DNA of 64,000 bases. Source: an uncultured Thermomicrobiales bacterium (lineage in GTDB: Bacteria > Chloroflexota > Chloroflexia > Thermomicrobiales > CFX8). A program made the translations under genes and the position numbers. The DNA lies in the NCBI GenBank assembly GCA_964577155.1, contig CAZNYB010000001.1, positions 3,250 through 67,249 on the forward strand. Direction: 5' to 3'. Numbering within the stretch: the first letter of the stretch is position 1; the number at the start of each line of letters is the position of its first letter. The notes under the pieces were generated by a model, which saw nothing but the letters and a program-made list of their open reading frames with translations, was not told the DNA's origin and made no database searches. This document shows, piece by piece, positions 41,431 to 50,739 of this stretch.

Positions 41431-42405
41431 CTAATCTACTGGCAGTTCAAGTTCGTCGACAATACCGCGTGCAATGTGGAGCCACCGGTCATCTGTTTCA
41501 TCAGGTACTGAACAGCCATTGGCGAGAATGAACTTCCGGCCGTTTGTCTGGGCGATGGCATCCTCGGCTTCGCTTCGAATCATCTCTTCAGGACCATTTG
41601 AAAGCGCGCCAAATTCGTGCCAGCCGCCCATCAGGCATTTCGTGGTCATGTTTCGAGCTTCTTTCAAACTCGGACCAGCCAGCCGGTCAGACCAGGAAAG
41701 CACTTGCACCGGGTAATCCAACACCTGATCAAAATGCAAGTTGTCGTTTCCATGGACATGGAGAATGTTGAGCCAGGAATCGCGGCAGCCCTGCAATGCA
41801 AGGAGATCGTAGGGTCGGCCAAGCTCACGATATCGCTCACGAGACATAATATTGTCAGTGCATCCCTGTAGTGCGAAGAAAACACCGTCCGCACCAGTAT
41901 CCATGCAGTCCTGAATGTGGGCGCGGAGATTTTCGGCTATTGTTGCCAGCGCTTCATGAATGACATCTGGCGCCATCGTGAAATGTTCGAAAAACTTTTC
42001 CCTGGTCTCCGCGAAATAGAGAGCCTCACAGAGCGGGGAAAAGACGGTCATGATGATGGGCGTTTCATAGCCGACGTGATCGCGGAGCGCCTGGATTGCG
42101 ACAGCCCGTTGATTGAAAAACCTGGACCGCTCAGCGTCGATCGGTTCAATAAGCTTCCAGTCGTCAATGTTCCGGATTGATTTGCGCGGAAATGGATAGG
42201 GTAGATCCGGCATGATCTTGATGATATCCAGGTCAAATCGCGCTTCGAAGAAATCCAGCGTAGCTTCAGCCATATTTCGGCCCGAACCTGACGGCCGGAA
42301 ATGGTGCCAGAAGCAGACCGGAATCCGGTCCACATCAGCGCCGTGAACGGCTGCCATCACTCGCTCGGTCTTGGACATTTCACTGTACGATGCCATAGTC
42401 GCCAC
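41431..42405 (-). CDS. Uroporphyrinogen decarboxylase (URO-D) family protein (decarboxylase or MtaA/CmuA-type methyltransferase-like)
   Basis: 324 aa. The N-terminus ..ERVMAAVHGADVDRIPVCFWHHF.. and the TIM-barrel-length body resemble the URO-D family. The specific activity cannot be assigned. Confidence 0.6.
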   Translation of the reverse strand: MATMASYSEMSKTERVMAAVHGADVDRIPVCFWHHFRPSGSGRNMAEATLDFFEARFDLDIIKIMPDLPYPFPRKSIRNIDDWKLIEPIDAERSRFFNQRAVAIQALRDHVGYETPIIMTVFSPLCEALYFAETREKFFEHFTMAPDVIHEALATIAENLRAHIQDCMDTGADGVFFALQGCTDNIMSRERYRELGRPYDLLALQGCRDSWLNILHVHGNDNLHFDQVLDYPVQVLSWSDRLAGPSLKEARNMTTKCLMGGWHEFGALSNGPEEMIRSEAEDAIAQTNGRKFILANGCSVPDETDDRWLHIARGIVDELELPVD

Positions 42406-42580
42406 TCCTCACCACATACAACCTACGAATCGGTCGCATTCCACTTTCAAGATACGATAGCACGAAATGTCGTCCAATTCGTATCTCGTCCGCGTCAATG
42501 TTATTGAGTCGATGACTATCTCCCGGTAGGCTTGTTCACAGGTGTTGGTGGTTGTTCTGTTCGATGACAGGTAAACAGGC

Positions 42581-42955
42581 GTGTACCGAATCCGGTTACT
42601 TTTTCGTGGTCTGACCAGATGTTGTCCGCGTTGCGGTGAATGGAATCTCTTCCGGCACTGGACTTCAATGAAGGCGGTCTGCCCCCGTTGTGGGTACAAC
42701 TACGAACTTGAAGAAGGTTACTGGGTTGGCGCAATGACGGTGAACATCATTGCGACCGAACTGTTGTTTGCCGTGCTCCTGATAATCGCCATCATCTACT
42801 ACTGGCCAGAGTTGCCAGTCATACCGCTCATCGTCGCTGGCGTCGCGATAAACGGGCTATTCCCGGTCGTGTTTTATCCGATATCGAAGACGCTCTGGGT
42901 GGCAATTGACCTGTCATTTTTCAACCGGATCAGTGCAGACGGGGTCTGGAGCTAA
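42581..42955 (+). CDS. DUF983-like membrane protein with an N-terminal zinc ribbon
   Basis: CPRCGEWNLF...CPRCGYNY is followed by two hydrophobic helices, the typical DUF983 layout. Confidence 0.65.
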   Translation: MYRIRLLFRGLTRCCPRCGEWNLFRHWTSMKAVCPRCGYNYELEEGYWVGAMTVNIIATELLFAVLLIIAIIYYWPELPVIPLIVAGVAINGLFPVVFYPISKTLWVAIDLSFFNRISADGVWS

Positions 42956-42958
42956 ATG

Positions 42959-43957
42959 CTAGCTGGATCCAGATCCTTCAATCGGGTAATGCCGCTCGCC
43001 ATATTCCAGTCCGATTAATGGCCCGATAAATGCGCCGATGCCAACCCCAATGGCCGCGCTGGTGAGCGTGATACCGAACGGTCCAAGCAAATCATCGTCG
43101 ACAACGATCCCCAGAATACTTCCAGCGATGATGCCAAGGATCAAACCAACGATCATGCCGACCGCCAGACCACGATCCTCCCAGCGGGCGCTCCAGGTGG
43201 TGAGCGGGTCTTCTGCTTCTTCCTCGATCCCGCTCACTGCTGACAAAGCGTAGATATATCCGAGCACGGCTCCATATACGAGGTGAAGGATGAGATTGCC
43301 GATGATCGGCAATACCCCGGCGTCCAGATCCAGACCAAAAAAGCCTGCGCCGACAAGTGGGAGAAACACCACCAGTGAGAGTAGCCACGGCAGCAGTGAG
43401 AAGATCATCCCGCGTTGCCAGCCTGACCCTGGTAAGCGTGGCTCGAAGATTGCTACATACAGCAGCGCCCAGACCAAGCCGGCTACCAGATTCACGCCGT
43501 ACGCGCCGACCGGAATGTCGAAGGTTCCATCCGTAACCGAGTTGTGTGTGAGCCCGTACAGCCATTGCTGAAGGGTGTTGCCACTTTCTTCGCCAAACGC
43601 GCCAGCGAGAATGTAGCCTGTAATGAGGACCAGCGTCATGGCGATCGTGGCGGCAAACCCGGCAATGACCCCGTCGCGTAGCCAGCTGTCCCGATCGTCC
43701 GGCTCAAGTTGTTGATTTGACGGAGACTTTTCTGAACCTCCCTGACTACTCGGTTGCCGGGCATCGCCTGTGCTGGACTGTGGTGGGCGGGGGTGACGAA
43801 GCTGTTCGACTCGTAGTACAACACCTGCTCCAACAGCGAGAATGACGATGATCCCGTTTGCTGGCCGACCTCCGGCGAAGTGAAAGATGCCAGCTACAAA
43901 TCCAATTCCTAGAATGAGGAAATATGCTACGTCTCGCATCGATAATCGTTGGATCAT
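42959..43957 (-). CDS. Hypothetical polytopic membrane protein
   Basis: 332-aa ORF with at least 8 hydrophobic segments and a Ser/Gln/Pro-rich loop; no motif recognised. Confidence 0.5.
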   Translation of the reverse strand: MIQRLSMRDVAYFLILGIGFVAGIFHFAGGRPANGIIVILAVGAGVVLRVEQLRHPRPPQSSTGDARQPSSQGGSEKSPSNQQLEPDDRDSWLRDGVIAGFAATIAMTLVLITGYILAGAFGEESGNTLQQWLYGLTHNSVTDGTFDIPVGAYGVNLVAGLVWALLYVAIFEPRLPGSGWQRGMIFSLLPWLLSLVVFLPLVGAGFFGLDLDAGVLPIIGNLILHLVYGAVLGYIYALSAVSGIEEEAEDPLTTWSARWEDRGLAVGMIVGLILGIIAGSILGIVVDDDLLGPFGITLTSAAIGVGIGAFIGPLIGLEYGERHYPIEGSGSS

Positions 43958-44140
43958 GTGAGTCTCCTCTACGAAGTACCACCGGCTACATGGCTATTTA
44001 GCGGGGAATAGGTGTTGCGAGGCTCTTCTTCAGATTGGTCTCACTCTATTATCGTTAGTGGCTCACGTCAATTTTGTTTACCAGTTCACGAACGGCTGTT
44101 TTGAATCTCAGATCAAACTTGTCAGGTGATTTCTGGACAG

Positions 44141-44174
44141 CAAAACAAACGAGGGAGATCGAAAATCTCCCTCG
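44141..44174 (-). terminator. Rho-independent terminator downstream of the NHL-repeat gene
   Basis: CGAGGGAGAT-(5-nt loop)-ATCTCCCTCG is followed on the minus strand by TTTGTTTTG. It lies 32 nt after the stop at 44206. Confidence 0.75.
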
Positions 44175-44205
44175 TTTCCGTCGGCTTTGTTACCCCGATC
44201 CGGCG

Positions 44206-45801
44206 TTATGGAGCGGAAGCCGCTGCAATACCGTAGGTCTGGTTGACCGGTTGTCCTGATTGCCAGCCGAACTGACCTGGCCCGTTGCCTGCCTCTCCCC
44301 AGGCAGTCTGGAAGCCGCCACTGCTATCAAATCGCTGGATCCGGTTGTTGCGGGTATCCAGGACGAACACGGCGTTTCCGGGACCAAGCGCAACTCCTGC
44401 CGGTGAGAGGAACTGACCATCATCGCTGCCCTCGCTGCCCCAGGCATTCTGGAAACCACCGTTGCCATCAAATTGCTGGATGCGATTGTTGCCAGTGTCA
44501 GCCACATAGATTCCGTTGGAAATTCCAAGCGGAGCCTGGAATTGACCGTTGTCGCTGCCGGTCCCGCCCCAGCTATTGATCAGACCACCGTTGGCGTCAA
44601 ACTGCTGAACCCGGTTGCTTGAATCATCGCCAGAACGGTAATCGGTGATATAGACATTCCCCCCGCTGGCCGCGATAGCCTGTGGAGTCAGGAACTGACC
44701 TTCGTCACTGCCTTCGCCACCCCACTGAGTGACGAAGCCGCCGTTGCTGTCGAACTTCTGCACCCGGTTATTGTTGCTGTCGACAACATAGACGTCGCCG
44801 CCATCAACCGCGATGCCAAGCGGATTGCTGAATTGACCTTCGTCACTTCCGGCACTGCCCCACTGGGTGATGAAGCCACCGGTGCTGTCAAATTTTTGAA
44901 CGCGATTGTTACCCGAATCAGTAACGTAGACGTTGTTGCTACCGTCGACGGCAATGCCGGAAGGGGTATTGAATTGACCGTCTCCGCTGCCAGCAGATCC
45001 CCACTCAAGAATGAAGAGTCCTGTGCTGTCGAAGACCTGAATCCGGTTGTTCAAGGCATCGGCCACATAGACTCGGGTTCCATCGGGTTCCGAAGTCGTC
45101 GGAGTTGCCGTCGGCTGGTCTGGCTCAGGTGTATTCGTCGGTGTTTCGCCCGGCGTTTCTGTTGGTGTCGGTTCTGGCGTCTCAGTCTCGGTTGGCTCAG
45201 GAGTGGCGGTTGGCGGTATGAAATCCACAGTAGTAGATCGTTCAGATGAAAGCGATTCGTTTTCAGCGACGAGTTTAAACGTGGTGGTTTCCGAGATTGT
45301 CGTTGAAACAGTCCCTTCTTCACCAACCTCACCGATTCCGGGTTCTATGGTGATGCGATTCGCTCCGGTTACTTTCCAGCGGAACGTGATCTGCTGATCC
45401 GGTCCGACCTGGCGGGGATCTACTTCCCAGAGATCGATGACTGGAGCTTCCGGTTCGGTTGTCGGGGTCACTGTTTCCGTGGTGGTTGGCGCGGCGAGCG
45501 CGGTCTCTGTTGCCATCGCCACCGCTGTTTCGGTAGCGGAATTGGTGCTCTCATCGTCATCGCTCAGGAGTAGGTAGGCAAGAAATATCAGGAGAATTGC
45601 GACGATTACTCCGCCAAGCGCCCAGAGCCACCGGTTCATGTACCAGGCCGCCGCGCCATATCCTGCTGCGGCTGCAAGCCCGGCTGCTTCGACGAGCCGG
45701 TTGTCGACGCCTGATGCGATGTCCGGAGTTGGCGGATTGGCAACATTACCCAGAGCTTCACTGATTTCGCCGTCCGAAAACTGGCCTGGCGCCTGGCTCA
45801 T
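44206..45801 (-). CDS. Single-pass membrane protein with Pro/Thr-rich linkers and a six-bladed NHL-repeat beta-propeller; candidate anti-sigma/sensor partner of the upstream sigma-like gene
   Basis: A ~55-aa cytoplasmic N-terminus is followed by a TM helix (WLWALGGVIVAILLIFLAYLLL), a PT linker and six repeats of the form YV(A/T)DxxNNR(I/V)Q(K/Q/R)FDxxGGFxxxWGxxGSxxGQFxxPxGIA. There is an ATGA overlap with the upstream gene. Confidence 0.8.
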   Translation of the reverse strand: MSQAPGQFSDGEISEALGNVANPPTPDIASGVDNRLVEAAGLAAAAGYGAAAWYMNRWLWALGGVIVAILLIFLAYLLLSDDDESTNSATETAVAMATETALAAPTTTETVTPTTEPEAPVIDLWEVDPRQVGPDQQITFRWKVTGANRITIEPGIGEVGEEGTVSTTISETTTFKLVAENESLSSERSTTVDFIPPTATPEPTETETPEPTPTETPGETPTNTPEPDQPTATPTTSEPDGTRVYVADALNNRIQVFDSTGLFILEWGSAGSGDGQFNTPSGIAVDGSNNVYVTDSGNNRVQKFDSTGGFITQWGSAGSDEGQFSNPLGIAVDGGDVYVVDSNNNRVQKFDSNGGFVTQWGGEGSDEGQFLTPQAIAASGGNVYITDYRSGDDSSNRVQQFDANGGLINSWGGTGSDNGQFQAPLGISNGIYVADTGNNRIQQFDGNGGFQNAWGSEGSDDGQFLSPAGVALGPGNAVFVLDTRNNRIQRFDSSGGFQTAWGEAGNGPGQFGWQSGQPVNQTYGIAAASAP

Positions 45802-46523
45802 GAGCTGGCTCCTTCCGAAGTTGGCTCATCCCGATCATCACTTGAATTCGCCGCGTTTTCCGGCGCTTCGGATTCATCCGAAGCGGGTTGAGCGGTGCTC
45901 GCACTTGTGCTGACCGCTGGCGTCTCGATTGTGTCAGCATCCGGCGCGGCGCGGCTGGCTGGCGGGGGTTCCGCGGCATTGCCGGCAGAAAGGTTGGCGA
46001 TTTGCCGGTTCAGACTACGTTGTGCTTCCGCGAGACGTCCGGCGTACGACTCTCCTGGTATGGCGAGTGCGGATGCGATCTCCGCGTCTGGCAGCCGCAA
46101 GGTGAAGTGATAGGACAGGAGTATCCGATCAAAATCGGAGACATGATTCATGGCTTCAACGACGACTTTTTGACGACTATTTGTGTTACCAGGCTGTATC
46201 GTCAGACTCGGGACCTGGTCGGTCATATGTCTGAAGTTCAACGCTTCATCGGTTACATATTTCAGCATCCATGGACGAAACTGGTTGGGATCCGCGAGAT
46301 CGTCTAGATCAGCAAAAGCATTGACAAACGCATCTTCGGTGATGTGTTCTGCGGCTCCCTGGCTGCCCGAGGCAAGATATGCAGCGCGGTACATCAGCGC
46401 CTGATGCTGATGAACCACTTCACGATACGCCTCGATTGCTTCATCTCCGCTAGCTCGTTGAGCCTTCTGGACTAATTCTGCGTTAACCATGTTGTCCCTC
46501 TCTGGTTCCAGGAGTCCGTCCAA
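45798..46523 (-). CDS. ECF-like sigma-70 family protein with a low-complexity C-terminal extension
   Basis: Region-2-like AAEHITEDAFVNAF...FRPWMLKYVTDEALN, region-4-like DRILLSYHFTLRLPDAEIASALAIPGESYAGRLAEAQRSL, then ~70 aa rich in Ala/Pro/Ser/Asp. The likely true start is the ATG at 46490 (MVNAELV, preceded by GAGAGGGA). Confidence 0.65.
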   Translation of the reverse strand: MDGLLEPERDNMVNAELVQKAQRASGDEAIEAYREVVHQHQALMYRAAYLASGSQGAAEHITEDAFVNAFADLDDLADPNQFRPWMLKYVTDEALNFRHMTDQVPSLTIQPGNTNSRQKVVVEAMNHVSDFDRILLSYHFTLRLPDAEIASALAIPGESYAGRLAEAQRSLNRQIANLSAGNAAEPPPASRAAPDADTIETPAVSTSASTAQPASDESEAPENAANSSDDRDEPTSEGASS

Positions 46524-46822
46524 GCGTACTCAACGACCGCCACCGATTCACCGTGCATTTCTATTTCATGATAGTGCATCGCAAAAGATTTATACAATCG
46601 ATCAAATTTCTGTCTGCTGTTGATCTGCTAAGGCAGCTGGCTTGTCTGGATCTAGATCTTCAGTCGCGTGAACGCATCGATGCAGTAGTTTCAGCAAGGA
46701 AGAAATGAAGATACAGGTTAATCACGAATCAGAACCGACAAACCATCGCGTGTTGGCGATGAAAAACACGCTATGATCTTCAAAGGATGGTAAATCGGTA
46801 GTAGCAATCAGAAGAGGAAAGC

Positions 46823-48460
46823 ATGAAAGTCGCATCAGCGGTCGCGAAGATTTTGAAGCAGGAAGGCGTCGAGTTTCTCATCGGCTACCCGGCAAATCCG
46901 CTCTTTGAGGCGGCTGCTGAAGAAGATATCCGGCCAATCATCTCCCGTCAGGAGCGCACTGGCATGCACATGGCCGACGCCGTTAGCAGGATGAGTTCCG
47001 GCGACAGGATCGGCGTCTTTGCGATGCAGTTCGGCCCCGGATCAGAAAATGCATTCGGCTCCGTTGCACAGGCCTATGCGGAATCTGTGCCTGTTGTGGT
47101 GTTGCCGGCTGGTTATGCGCGAACGATGAGCAGCGTTGCCCCACAGTTCAGCAGCTATCTGAACTATCAACACATTACCAAGTCTGCTGAACTGGTCAGT
47201 TTGAAGTCAGTGGCGCCAGATGCATTGCGCCGAGCATTCACCCAGGTACGTAATGGCCGGCCTGGCCCAGCGCTGGTGGAACTCCCATATGATTTGTTAG
47301 AAGAAGAATATGGTGATGCTGTTGACTACCGGACCTCAGTGTCCGCCAGAACAGCGCCAGATCCGGCCGCGGTGGCTGAAGCCGCGCGTCTGCTCTCGTC
47401 CGCCGAACGGCCTGTAATATACGCCGGTCAGGGAGTCCACTATGCCAAAGCCTGGGATCAGCTGCTCCAACTTGCGGAATTGCTCGAAGCGCCGGTAACG
47501 ACCAGCCTGGCAGGGAAGAGTGCGTTCCCGGAGACTCACCAGCTCTCGCTCGGTTCCGGCGGCCGGGCAACACCGAGACCAGTCGACCATTTTCTGAAAC
47601 GTGCCGATGTGATTTTTGGCATCGGTTGCAGCTTCACCAAGACGAACTACGGCATTCAGTTCCCGGCTGGTAAAACGGTGATTCACGCGACGCTGGATCC
47701 GCTGGATCTGAACAAAGATGTGCCAGTTACATTGCCGTTGCTTGGTGACGCAGCGCTTACCCTGGAGGCGCTGATAGAAGCTTTCCAGTCTGGCCAGAAC
47801 TGGCAATCGCCAAATCGTTTGGAATCGGTTGCGTCCGAAATTGAAGAAGTCCGTAACTCCTGGCTTGCTGACTGGATGCCGAAGTTGACCTCCAGCCAGG
47901 TGCCGCTCACCCCGTACCGGGTGATCTGGGATCTGCTCCAGACGGTTGATGTAAGTCAGACGATTATCACACACGATGCTGGCAGCCCGAGAGATCAGCT
48001 CTCGCCATTCTGGAGCACCGTAGCGCCATTGAGCTATATCGGTTGGGGCAAATCAACTCAGCTAGGGTACGGGCTTGGCCTGGCGATGGGAGCCAAGCTG
48101 ATTCATCCGGACAAGCTCTGTATCAATGTCTGGGGAGACGCGGCGATCGGGATGACCGGCATGGATTTCGAAACCGCAGTCCGCGAACGGCTTCCAATAC
48201 TCTCGATACTCTTCAACAATTTCACTATGGCGATTGAACTGTCAACGATGGAAGTCGCAACCGAGAAGTTCAACACGACCGGGCTGAGCGGAAACTATGC
48301 GGATATGGCGCGCGCGTTCGGAGGCTACGGCGAGCGGATAACAACTCCGGACGAAATCATTCCGGCTATCCGAAGAGGAATCGAACAGACTGAATCCGGC
48401 ACGCCAGCATTGCTCGAATTCATTACCTGTCAGGAGACCGATTACTCGCTGCCGAAGTAA
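46823..48460 (+). CDS. Thiamine-diphosphate-dependent enzyme (acetolactate synthase large subunit/benzoylformate decarboxylase-like)
   Basis: 545 aa in a three-domain layout. N-terminus KVASAVAKILKQEGVEFLIGYP. C-terminal ThDP-binding motif ..WGDAAIGMTGMDFETAVRERLPILSILFNN. Confidence 0.8.
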   Translation: MKVASAVAKILKQEGVEFLIGYPANPLFEAAAEEDIRPIISRQERTGMHMADAVSRMSSGDRIGVFAMQFGPGSENAFGSVAQAYAESVPVVVLPAGYARTMSSVAPQFSSYLNYQHITKSAELVSLKSVAPDALRRAFTQVRNGRPGPALVELPYDLLEEEYGDAVDYRTSVSARTAPDPAAVAEAARLLSSAERPVIYAGQGVHYAKAWDQLLQLAELLEAPVTTSLAGKSAFPETHQLSLGSGGRATPRPVDHFLKRADVIFGIGCSFTKTNYGIQFPAGKTVIHATLDPLDLNKDVPVTLPLLGDAALTLEALIEAFQSGQNWQSPNRLESVASEIEEVRNSWLADWMPKLTSSQVPLTPYRVIWDLLQTVDVSQTIITHDAGSPRDQLSPFWSTVAPLSYIGWGKSTQLGYGLGLAMGAKLIHPDKLCINVWGDAAIGMTGMDFETAVRERLPILSILFNNFTMAIELSTMEVATEKFNTTGLSGNYADMARAFGGYGERITTPDEIIPAIRRGIEQTESGTPALLEFITCQETDYSLPK

Positions 48461-48490
48461 GAGCTGGCATGTTCACCGGATTTCCTGCGG

Positions 48491-49006
48491 CTAGGCTGGC
48501 GATCGAATGATGTTGACCGTGGCGCAAGCTATGGCTGCATAAAGACGAGCTTTCCGGTTTCGTTCGATGGCAAAGCAACATACCGGTATCCAGTTGAGCA
48601 TCCGGGATTCCAGGAATTCCACCTGAAATGTGCTCTGGTGTTCCAGCAGGTGCGCCAAGAAAAGCAGCTCTACCCCTATGTGATCTGGCGCGCCAGCGCG
48701 CCATGCAGGATCGATCTCAAAGTCATGTTGCAGGTAGTCGAGCTGGACTTGTTCAGCATACGGACCATTGAGCATGCCATCTTCGCTCAAAAACAGCGAC
48801 GCATACGGGGGAACCTGCTGAAGGATCAGCTGGCTGTATTCAAGGGCGGCTTCATCCGGCGAGATCTCGTCAGTGTCGGAAGGCCAACTTCCCTGTACTC
48901 TTAGTCGCCTGAGAGTTTGTTCATCCGGCTCCAGTAGCCATGCAGACGCCAGGAGCCGGATATACGCGATCGTGTCCGATTGAACTGCAAGCGACGCCTT
49001 CGTCAC
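48491..49006 (-). CDS. TorD/DmsD/NarJ-family (redox enzyme maturation) chaperone-like protein
   Basis: Family pattern EYSQL...VPPYASLFL....L.G...E.V...Y...G.......PDHIGVELLFLAHLL. The gene starts 3 nt after the upstream dehydrogenase stop. Confidence 0.6.
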   Translation of the reverse strand: MTKASLAVQSDTIAYIRLLASAWLLEPDEQTLRRLRVQGSWPSDTDEISPDEAALEYSQLILQQVPPYASLFLSEDGMLNGPYAEQVQLDYLQHDFEIDPAWRAGAPDHIGVELLFLAHLLEHQSTFQVEFLESRMLNWIPVCCFAIERNRKARLYAAIACATVNIIRSPA

Positions 49007-49009
49007 TCG

Positions 49010-49975
49010 TCAGTTCACCTGGGAGTGTGCCGGCTGGCCATTCAACACATTTGCGACGTTTGTCAGTGCCAGGTAGAGGGAGCGGTCAAACGCTTCGTCT
49101 GTTGAACCTCCAACATGCGGTGTGAGGATGACATTCTCAAATTCGACATAGGGGTTGTCCGGGTGTGGTTCAACTTGAAAGACATCCAGACCGGCAGCTG
49201 CGACTTTGCCGGTCGCAAGAGCATTGACCAGGGCCGATTCTTTGACGACTGGGCCACGGGAAGTATTGATAATGACGACGCCATCTTTCATGCGATCAAT
49301 GGCTACTTCGTCAATCAGCTCATAGGTCAATTCTGTTAGTGGCGTATGCATGGTGACGTAGTCAGACTCCTGCCAGATCGTATCGAGCGGGACATAGGAG
49401 ATGCCGTGTTCGTTTGCGAAGGTGATATCCCAGACCAGATCGTTCGCTAGCACACGCATGCCAAACGCTTTGGCTAGCAGCGCTGTTGATTTGCCAACCC
49501 GACCGAGTCCAACGATGCCGAGTGTCTTGCCCCACAGTTCTCCGCCAGCCCGGATTGCGCCACTGGAAACCCAGCCATCGGTGCGCATGGCAATATCAGC
49601 CTCCCGGACATGTCGGGCCAGATTGAGCATCATGCCAATTGCCAGTTCGGAGACCGAGTGGTTGTTGCAGCCAGCGCAGTTGGCGACGACAATACCGCGC
49701 CGGGTGGCTTCTTCCAGGTCAATATGGTCGTACCCGACGCCGCCAGCGGAGACAACCTTCAGTTTCGGCGCAGCCGCCATGACCCGTGGCGTGATCTTTT
49801 CAAGACCGGTGATAATTCCCGAGGAGTTACTAACCAGATCACACAGCTGATCCTCGTTGACCGGATGGTTGATCTCCACGTCGGACATCACCAGGTTTCG
49901 CCTGCCCAAAAACTCGTTGATGTAGTCCCCTCGTTCGCGGAATTTGCTGGAGAGAATCAATACCTCTTCTGACAT
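49010..49975 (-). CDS. D-isomer-specific 2-hydroxyacid dehydrogenase (phosphoglycerate/glyoxylate reductase-like)
   Basis: NAD-binding GIVGLGRVGKSTALLAKAFGMRV. Catalytic-region blocks: LINTSRG-like VIINTSRGPVV, and DVFQVEP...TPHVGGST. Confidence 0.85.
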   Translation of the reverse strand: MSEEVLILSSKFRERGDYINEFLGRRNLVMSDVEINHPVNEDQLCDLVSNSSGIITGLEKITPRVMAAAPKLKVVSAGGVGYDHIDLEEATRRGIVVANCAGCNNHSVSELAIGMMLNLARHVREADIAMRTDGWVSSGAIRAGGELWGKTLGIVGLGRVGKSTALLAKAFGMRVLANDLVWDITFANEHGISYVPLDTIWQESDYVTMHTPLTELTYELIDEVAIDRMKDGVVIINTSRGPVVKESALVNALATGKVAAAGLDVFQVEPHPDNPYVEFENVILTPHVGGSTDEAFDRSLYLALTNVANVLNGQPAHSQVN

Positions 49976-50067
49976 TTATCTGTACCCTTCCCGGATGCAT
50001 CACGCTACGCCACACCATTAATTGATAGGCCGCATTGTACATGCGTCTGGATTGCATGCGGTGCGAC

Positions 50068-50739
50068 TCAGCTGGAGCGCGCCAGCCTGGCACTGAGTCG
50101 CTCTCTCACACTGAGTGCCAGCGGATCACAGGCGATCAATCGATTTATTATCTCGGGATCTGGTTTCCGGTCTCTTACAATACGTGTTACATAAGTCACT
50201 GTAATTTCCGGGCAGGGCCGGTTGATGAGATCAACAGACATTCCGGACTCGACTTCGCCTTCTTCGAGTACACGGAGATACCAACCGGTTCGGCCCGAAC
50301 GTTCGACTCGGACGGTTAGGTCTTTAATACCGTGCAGCGCACTGATTTTCCAGCAAGGAAATCGAGGCATACTGACCTGAACGGTGGTCTCACCGATCTG
50401 CCAGATATCTCCAATACACACAGATGACTCGTCAGGACCATCCATCGTGAAATTCTCGCCGAACGAACCGAACGCAAAGTCAGACCGCTGCAGTTCATCT
50501 CTCCAGATCGGGTAGTGCGATGCGCCGTACGCAAGAACCGCTTGATCCAGACCGCCGTGATTCTGAAGGTCAGCCTGGCCGTCTCCATCAAGATTGAGTT
50601 TGCGGAGCCGAACCGGCCCTTCAACGGGTTCTTTGCAAATTGCACTGACCCAGAGCCGTTCGTCAGGGTCGGATGAATCGGGATTGCCGTACTGGCGAGG
50701 TTTCCCAACCTGAACTGATGTTAATGTGTAGATCGTCAC
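50068..50739 (-). CDS. MOSC domain protein (YiiM-like)
   Basis: GGAG lies 6 nt upstream of the GTG at 50739. Blocks HGGLDQAVLAY, FGENFTMDG and IGETTVQVSMPRFPCWKI closely resemble E. coli YiiM. The longer ORF starting at 50778 is less likely. Confidence 0.8.
   Translation of the reverse strand: MTIYTLTSVQVGKPRQYGNPDSSDPDERLWVSAICKEPVEGPVRLRKLNLDGDGQADLQNHGGLDQAVLAYGASHYPIWRDELQRSDFAFGSFGENFTMDGPDESSVCIGDIWQIGETTVQVSMPRFPCWKISALHGIKDLTVRVERSGRTGWYLRVLEEGEVESGMSVDLINRPCPEITVTYVTRIVRDRKPDPEIINRLIACDPLALSVRERLSARLARSS

Noticed and set aside
13514-46658. Short perfect palindromes in intergenic regions, considered as operator candidates: CGAACGCGTTCG (13514-13525), ACTAGAT-N3-ATCTAGT (32894-32910) and GATCTAGATC (46649-46658).
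   Set aside because: Palindromes of this size are expected by chance in 64 kb: about 16 for 12-mers and about 60 for 10-mers, using 64000 x 4^-(half-length). They have no supporting context.
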